Part shown: one piece after another, positions 55,330 to 64,000 of the stretch
Layout: each line of letters starts with the position of its first letter
Numbering within the stretch: the stretch's first letter is position 1
NCBI GenBank assembly: GCA_964016885.1
Contig: OZ024762.1
Coordinates: forward strand, 16,058,001 to 16,122,000
DNA from: Eledone cirrhosa
Lineage: Eukaryota
Direction: 5' to 3'
Length of the DNA: 64,000 bases
Notes under the pieces: generated by a model
What the model saw: the letters and a program-made list of their open reading frames with translations, nothing else
The model's database searches: none
Told to the model about the DNA's origin: nothing
Made by a program: the position numbers and the translations under genes

Positions 55330-56400
55330 ACAGATTTTGATGTTATTTATTTTGAGAACAATACCTTAACCCTTAACCGGCCAGAATTCTCTACCTTTTT
55401 CTGTTGAAACTGGCTGTAACTGGTCACTCATACTGATGTTAAGGTATTGTTCTCAAAATAAATACTTTCAAAATCTCATAGATTCAATATTATGTGAGAT
55501 AAAGCATTTACCATGAAAATAAAATAGTATATATAGAGTAATGTGAATGCTAAAGGGTTAATATTAGTATAAGTGGCCAGTTGCAGCCAGTTTGAACAGA
55601 AAAAGGTGAGAGAATTCTGGCTGGATATGGCCGGTTTAAATGTTAAAGGGTTAATATTAGTATAAGTGGCCAGTTGCAGCCAGTTTGAACAGAAAAAGGT
55701 GAGAGAATTCTGGCTGGATATGGCCGGTTTAAATGTTAAAGGGTTAATATTAGTATAAGTGGCCAGTTGCAGCCAGTTTGAACAGAAAAAGGTGAGAGAA
55801 TTCTGGCTGGATATGGCCGGTTTAAATGTTAAAGGGTTAATATTAGTATAAATGGCCAGTTGCAGCCAGTTTGAACAGAAAAAGGTGAGAGAATTCTGGC
55901 TGGATATGGCCGGTTTAAATGTTAAAGGGTTAATATTAGTATAAGTGGCCAGTTGCAGCCAGTTTGAACAGAAAAAGGTGAGAGAATTTTGGCTGGATAT
56001 GGCCGGTTTAAATGTTAAAGGGTTAATATTAGTATAAGTGGCCAGTTGCAGCCAGTTTGAACAGAAAAAGGTGAGAGAATTCTGGCTGGATATGGCCGGT
56101 TTAAATGTTAAAGGGTTAATATTAGTATAAGTGGCCAGTTGCAGCCAGTTTGAACAGAAAAAAGGTGAGAGAATTCTGGCTGGATATGGCCGGTTTAAAT
56201 GTTAAAGGGTTAATATTAGTATAAGTGGCCAGTTGCAGCCAGTTTGAACAGAAAAAGGTGAGAGAATTCTGGCTGGATATGACCGGTTTAAATGTTAAAG
56301 GGTTAATATTAGTATAAGTGGCCAGTTGCAGCCAGTTTGAACAGAAAAAGGTGAGAGAATTCTGGCTGGATATGGCCGGTTTAAATGTCAAAGGGTTAAA
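55330..56400. repeat. Nested piggyBac-like MITEs followed by 9 x 93-bp tandem of the MITE right end
   Basis: An inverted copy lies between TTAA at 55366 and TTAA at 55558. After it comes a 93-bp period (atattagtat at 55561, 55654 and onward). Confidence 0.8.
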
Positions 56401-56426
56401 AAGTACCTTAACAAGACTGCTAATGA

Positions 56427-56594
<168 letters not shown>

Positions 56595-56756
56595 TGATCT
56601 GAGTTCAAATCCCGCTGAGGTTAACTTTGCCTTTCATCCTTACGGGGTTGATAAAATAAAGTACCAGTAATGCACTGGGGTTGATTTAATTGACTTTCCC
56701 CTCCCCCAAAATTACTGGCCTTCTGCCTAAACTAGAAACCATTATTGTATTATGGT

Positions 56757-57070
56757 GGGGCAGTGGATTGGCAGTATCGGTAGAGGGTCGGACGCCATGC
56801 TAGGGCGGTGGATTGGCAGTATCGGTAGAGGGTCGGACGCCATGCTAGGGCGGTGGATTGGCAGTATCGGTAGAGGGTCGGGCGCCATGCTAGGGCGGTG
56901 GATTGGCAGTATCGGTAGAGGGTCGGACGCCATGTTAGGGCGGTGTATTGGCAGTATCGGTAGAGGGTCGGACGCCATGTAAGGGCGGTGTATTGGCAGT
57001 ATCGGTAGAGGGTCGGACGCCATGTTAGGGTGGTGGATTGGCAGTATCGGTAGAGGGTCGGACGCCATGC
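56757..57070 (+). repeat. 7 x 45-bp tandem of the SINE A 5' head
   Basis: gggcggtggattggcagtatcggtagagggtcggacgccatgcta is repeated, and the last copy continues into a full SINE. Confidence 0.88.
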
Positions 57071-57417
57071 TTTCCAGCATAGTTACGTCCCTTTACGATC
57101 TGAGTTCAAATCCCGCCGAGGTTGACTTTGCCCTTCATCCTTACGCGGTCGATAAAATAAAGTACCAGTAATGCACTGGGTAATTGCTGGCCTTGTGCCT
57201 AAAGTAGAAACAAGTATTATGGACAACATGCTTTACAGCACAGAGTTACGGCCCTTTGTGATGCGAGTTCAAATCCCGCTGAGGTTAGCTTTGCCTTTCA
57301 TCCTTACGGGGTTGATAAAATAAAGTACCAGTAATGCACTTAATTGATTTAATTGATTTTCTCCTCCTCCAAAATGACTGGCCTTGTGCCTAAACTAGAA
57401 ATCATTATTGTATTATG

Positions 57418-57905
57418 GTGGGGGTGGAGGAGGGATTGGCGGTGGGGTTGTAGTAGGGTGGGGGAGGGGTTGGTGGTGTGGTTGTAGTAGGGTGGGGGAA
57501 GGGGCTGGTGGTGTGGTTGTAGTAGGGTGGGGAAGGGGTTGGCGGTGTGGTTGTAGTAGTAGTTGGAGGGATTGGGGCAGTGGTTGTAGTAGGGTGGGGG
57601 TGGGGTTGGTGGTGTGGTTGTAGTAATAGTAGGGTGGGGGAAGGGGCTGGTGGTGTGGTTGTAGTAGGGTGGGGGAGGGGTTGGTGGTGTGGTTGTAGTA
57701 GGGTGGGGGAGGGGTTGGTGGTGTGGTTGTAGTAATAGTAGGGTGGGGGAAGGGGCTGGTGGTGTGGTTGTAGTAGGGTGGGGGAGGGGTTGGTGGTGTG
57801 GTTATAGTAATAGTAGGGTGGGGAAAGGGCTGGTGGTGTGGTTGTAGTAGGGTGGGGGGAGGGATTGGGGCAGTGGTTGTAGTAATAGAGTGGGGAAGGG
57901 GCTGG
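57418..57905 (+). repeat. G-rich degenerate minisatellite
   Basis: gtagtagggtgggggaggggttggtggtgtggtt repeated. Confidence 0.85.
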
Positions 57906-58507
57906 TACCCAGCTTTGCCTGAGTAAACATGATAGGAGAAGACAGGTAGAAAAGAAAATGACTAAGTGATGTGTTGTCTGGTTTACAGTATAAGGCAAGA
58001 TGGTGGTGTGTGGAAAAAAACAGTAAAAAAATTTTCCAGATACACAAGATTCTTTGTTTTATCGTCCATGCATAGTATATGAAGATTTCTAGGTGTTTCC
58101 ACCCGTGAACAACCTACATATAACTGTCCATGGGTAAAAAGTGATTCCCTTGTATTCAATTCTACAACTTTGAAACTGTGAGCCTGAGCTTTATTTTAGG
58201 GTTCTAGCAAAACTGGTTCTAACAGGGAACTGAAGTCTTGAGAATGTGAATAGCAGCTTGGTAGAGGAAGGGATGAGAGGAATGTTGGGAATAAATGCAC
58301 TTTCTCCTTGATGATTACATATTTCACAATGTTTCCTATTAACTATACTACTCTATTTACATACAGTGAAAGTCCGTTATAATGAAATTAGGGGTATAAT
58401 AAAAATTTTGTTGTAACGAAAAATTCTTTATAACGAGATTGACTGAAAGAAATCAAGCGTTTCTTTGTTATTACCTCCGGGATTGAGACAAAAGATTATT
58501 GTTCTGA

Positions 58508-58735
<228 letters not shown>

Positions 58736-58738
58736 TAA

Positions 58739-61700
58739 AACCTTGTGGGGGATTATATGTACAGGTCAGCCTTGTGGGGGATTATATGTACAGGTCAGCC
58801 TTGTGGGGGATTATATGTACAGGTCAGCCTTGTGGGAGATTATATGTACAGGTCAGCCTTGTGAGGGATTATATGTACAGGTCAGCCTTGTGGGAGATTA
58901 TATGTACAGGTCAGCCTAATGAGGGATTATATGTACAGGTCAGCCTTGTGAGGGATTATATGTACAGGTCAGCCTTGTGAGGGATTATATGTACAGATCA
59001 GCCTAATGAGGGATTATATGTACAGGTCAGCCTTGTGGGGGATTATATGTACAGGTCAGCCTTGTGGGGGATTATATGTACAGGTCAACCTTCTGAGGGA
59101 TTATATGTACAGGTCAACCTTGTGGGGGATTATATGTACAGGTCAACCTTGTGGGGGATTATATGTACAGGTCAACCTTGTGAGGGATTATATGTACAGG
59201 TCAACCTTGTGGGGGATTATATGTACAGGTCAGCCTTGTGAGGGATTATATGTACAGATCAGCCTAATGAGGGATTATATGTACAGGTCAGCCTTGTGGG
59301 GGATTATATGTACAGGTCAGCCTTGTGGGGGATTATATGTACAGGTCAACCTTGTGGGAGATTATATGTACAGGTCAACCTTATGAGGGATTATATGTAC
59401 AGGTCAACCTTGTGGGGGATTATATGTACAGGTCAACCTTGTGGGGGATTATATGTACAGGTCAACCTTGTGAGGGATTATATGTACAGGTCAACCTTGT
59501 GGGGGATTATATGTACAGGTCAGCCTTGTGAGGGATTATATGTACAGGTCAACCTTGTGGGGGATTATATGTACAGGTCAGCCTTGTGAGGGATTATATG
59601 TACAGGTCAGCCTTGTGGGGGATTATATGTACAGGTCAACCTTGTGGGAGATTATATGTACAGGTCAGCCTTGTGGGAGATTATATGTACAGGTCAGCCT
59701 TGTGGGGGATTATATGTACAGGTCAACCTTGTGGGAGATTATATGTACAGGTCAACCTTGTGGGGGATTATATGTACAGGTCAACCTTATGAGGGATTAT
59801 ATGTACAGGTCAGCCTTGTGGGAGATTATATGTACAGGTCAACCCTGTGGGAGATTATATGTACAGGTCAACCTTGTGGGAGATTATATGTACAGGTCAA
59901 CCTTGTGGGAGATTATATGTACAGGTCAGCCTTGTGGGAGATTATATGTACAGGTCAGCCTTGTGGGAGATTATATGTACAGGTCAGCCTTGTGAGGGAT
60001 TATATGTACAGGTCAGCCTTATGAGGGATTATATGTACAGGTCAACCTTGTGGGGGATTATATGTACAGGTCAGCCTTGTGGGAGATTATATGTACAGGT
60101 CAGCCTTATGAGGGATTATATGTACAGGTCAGCCTTGTGGGAGATTATATGTACAGGTCAGCCTTGTGGGGGATTATATGTACAGGTCAACCTTGTGGGA
60201 GATTATATGTACAGGTCAACCTTGTGGGGGATTATATGTACAGGTCAACCTTGTGGGGGATTATATGTACAGATCAACCTTGTGGGAGATTATATGTACA
60301 GGTCAGCCTTGTGAGGGATTATATGTACAGGTCAGCCTTGTGGGGGATTATATGTACAGGTCAACCTTGTGGGAGATTATATGTACAGGTCAACCTTGTG
60401 GGGGATTATATGTACAGGTCAACCTTGTGAGGGATTATATGTACAGGTCAGCCTTGTGGGGGATTATATGTACAGGTCAGCCTTGTGGGGGATTATATGT
60501 ACAGGTCAGCCTTGTGAGGGATTATATGTACAGGTCAGCCTTGTGGGGGATTATATGTACAGGTCAGCCTTGTGGGAGATTATATGTACAGGTCAGCCTT
60601 ATGAGGGATTATATGTACAGGTCAGCCTTGTGGGAGATTATATGTACAGGTCAGCCTTGTGGGAGATTATATGTACAGGTCAGCCTTGTGGGAGATTATA
60701 TGTACAGGTCAGCCTTATGAGGGATTATATGTACAGGTCAACCTTGTGGGGATTATATGTACAGGTCAGCCTTGTGAGGGATTATATGTACAGGTCAGCC
60801 TTGTGGGGATTATATGTACAGGTCAACCTTGTGGGGGATTATATGTACAGGTCAGCCTTGTGGGAGATTATATGTACAGGTCAGCCTTATGAGGGATTAT
60901 ATGTACAGGTCAGCCTTGTGGGAGATTATATGTACAGGTCAGCCTTGTGGGAGATTATATGTACAGGTCAGCCTTATGAGGGATTATATGTACAGGTCAG
61001 CCTTGTGGGGGATTATATGTACAGGTCAGCCTTGTGGGAGATTATATGTTCAGGTCAACCTTGTGGGGGATTATATGTACAGGTCAGCCTTGTGGGGGAT
61101 TATATGTACAGGTCAGCCTTGTGGGAGATTATATGTACAGGTCAGCCTTGTGAGGGATTATATGTACAGGTCAGCCTTGTGAGAGATTATATGTACAGGT
61201 CAGCCTAATGAGGGATTATATGTACAGGTCAGCCTTGTGAGGGATTATATGTACAGGTCAGCCTTGTGAGGGATTATATGTACAGATCAGCCTAATGAGG
61301 GATTATATGTACAGGTCAGCCTTGTGGGGGATTATATGTACAGGTCAGCCTTGTGGGGGATTATATGTACAGGTCAACCTTGTGGGAGATTATATGTACA
61401 GGTCAACCTTATGAGGGATTATATGTACAGGTCAACCTTGTGGGGGATTATATGTACAGGTCAACCTTGTGGGGGATTATATGTACAGGTCAACCTTGTG
61501 AGGGATTATATGTACAGGTCAACCTTGTGGGGGATTATATGTACAGGTCAGCCTTGTGAGGGATTATATGTACAGGTCAACCTTGTGGGGGATTATATGT
61601 ACAGGTCAGCCTTATGAGGGATTATATGTACAGGTCAGCCTTGTGGGGGATTATATGTACAGGTCAACCTTGTGGGAGATTATATGTACAGGTCAGCCTT

Positions 61701-64000
61701 GTGGGAGATTATATGTACAGGTCAGCCTTGTGGGGGATTATATGTACAGGTCAACCTTGTGGGAGATTATATGTACAGGTCAACCTTGTGGGGGATTATA
61801 TGTACAGGTCAACCTTATGAGGGATTATATGTACAGGTCAGCCTTGTGGGAGATTATATGTACAGGTCAACCCTGTGGGAGATTATATGTACAGGTCAAC
61901 CTTGTGGGAGATTATATGTACAGGTCAACCTTGTGGGAGATTATATGTACAGGTCAGCCTTGTGGGAGATTATATGTACAGGTCAGCCTTGTGGGAGATT
62001 ATATGTACAGGTCAGCCTTGTGAGGGATTATATGTACAGGTCAGCCTTATGAGGGATTATATGTACAGGTCAACCTTGTGGGGGATTATATGTACAGGTC
62101 AGCCTTGTGGGAGATTATATGTACAGGTCAGCCTTATGAGGGATTATATGTACAGGTCAGCCTTGTGGGAGATTATATGTACAGGTCAGCCTTGTGGGAG
62201 ATTATATGTACAGGTCAGCCTTGTGGGGGATTATATGTACAAGTCAACCTTGTGGGAGATTATATGTACAGGTCAACCTTGTGGGGGATTATATGTACAG
62301 GTCAACCTTGTGGGGGATTATATGTACAGATCAACCTTGTGGGAGATTATATGTACAGGTCAGCCTTGTGAGGGATTATATGTACAGGTCAGCCTTGTGG
62401 GGGATTATATGTACAGGTCAACCTTGTGGGAGATTATATGTACAGGTCAACCTTGTGGGGGATTATATGTACAGGTCAACCTTGTGAGGGATTATATGTA
62501 CAGGTCAGCCTTGTGGGGGATTATATGTACAGGTCAGCCTTGTGGGGGATTATATGTACAGGTCAGCCTTGTGAGGGATTATATGTACAGGTCAGCCTTG
62601 TGGGGGATTATATGTACAGGTCAGCCTTGTGGGAGATTATATGTACAGGTCAGCCTTATGAGGGATTATATGTACAGGTCAGCCTTGTGGGAGATTATAT
62701 GTACAGGTCAGCCTTGTGGGAGATTATATGTACAGGTCAGCCTTGTGGGAGATTATATGTACAGGTCAGCCTTGTGGGAGATTATATGTACAGGTCAGCC
62801 TTATGAGGGATTATATGTACAGGTCAACCTTGTGGGGATTATATGTACAGGTCAGCCTTGTGAGGGATTATATGTACAGGTCAGCCTTGTGGGGATTATA
62901 TGTACAGGTCAACCTTGTGGGGGATTATATGTACAGGTCAGCCTTGTGGGAGATTATATGTACAGGTCAGCCTTATGAGGGATTATATGTACAGGTCAGC
63001 CTTGTGGGAGATTATATGTACAGGTCAGCCTTGTGGGAGATTATATGTACAGGTCAGCCTTATGAGGGATTATATGTACAGGTCAGCCTTGTGGGGGATT
63101 ATATGTACAGGTCAGCCTTGTGGGAGATTATATGTTCAGGTCAACCTTGTGGGGGATTATATGTACAGGTCAGCCTTGTGGGGGATTATATGTACAGGTC
63201 AGCCTTGTGGGAGATTATATGTACAGGTCAGCCTTATGAGGGATTATATGTACAGGTCAGCCTTGTGGGAGATTATATGTACAGGTCAGCCTTGTGAGGG
63301 ATTATATGTACAGGTCAGCCTTGTGGGGGATTATATGTACAGGTCAGCCTTGTGGGGGATTATATGTACAGGTCAACCTTGTGGGGGATTATATGTACAG
63401 GTCAGCCTTGTGGGGGATTATATGTACAGGTCAGCCTTGTGGGAGATTATATGTACAGGTCAGCCTTATGAGGGATTATATGTACAGGTCAGCCTTGTGG
63501 GAGATTATATGTACAGGTCAGCCTTGTGAGGGATTATATGTACAGGTCAGCCTTGTGGGAGATTATATGTACAGGTCAGCCTTATGAGGGATTATATGTA
63601 CAGGTCAGCCTTGTGGGAGATTATATGTACAGGTCAGCCTTGTGGGAGATTATATGTACAGGTCAGCCTTATGAGGGATTATATGTACAGGTCAGCCTTG
63701 TGGGGGATTATATGTACAGGTCAGCCTTGTGGGAGATTATATGTACAGGTCAGCCTTGTGAGGGATTATATGTACAGGTCAGCCTTGTGGGAGATTATAT
63801 GTACAGGTCAGCCTTATGAGGGATTATATGTACAGGTCAACCTTGTGGGAGATTATATGTACAGGTCAGCCTTATGAGGGATTATATGTACAGGTCAACC
63901 TTGTGGGAGATTATATGTACAGGTCAGCCTTGTGGGGGATTATATGTACAGGTCAGCCTTGTGGGAGATTATATGTACAGGTCAACCTTGTGAGGGATTA
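58739..64000. repeat. 29-bp satellite array (>5.2 kb, runs off the window)
   Basis: Unit ccttgtgggggattatatgtacaggtcag, about 180 copies. Confidence 0.97.

Noticed and set aside
58774-63877. Many long ORFs (DYMYRSALWGIICTGQP...)
   Set aside because: These are translations of the 29-bp satellite in all three frames.

Overview
Eukaryotic (metazoan) genomic DNA, very rich in microsatellites and repeats. The SINE/RTE families and the repeat density suggest an octopus-type cephalopod genome (inference). Almost all ORFs in the supplied track are repeat translations. The real gene is missed as such by the track: six GT-AG-bounded + strand exons (9801-9841, 50206-50280, 52089-52152, 53625-53759, 56451-56541, 58593-58687) splice in frame into 167 codons of the N-terminal catalytic domain of the histone H3K79 methyltransferase DOT1L. 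The first coding exon and the 3' exons appear to lie outside the window, and one intron is about 40.4 kb. The introns hold tRNA-derived SINEs, RTE/CR1/R4-like LINE ends, and mariner, Tc1-like, hAT and piggyBac-like MITEs. The most notable signals are: (i) at least a dozen type I hammerhead-ribozyme-like motifs of the minimal Penelope-element type, several in near-perfect inverted repeats inserted into (TA)n tracts; (ii) many minisatellite arrays visibly seeded from pieces of transposable elements; (iii) a 29-bp satellite with a ~2.03-2.09 kb higher-order duplication just after the last visible exon. All pairings and coordinates were read by eye, and no folding or database search was run.
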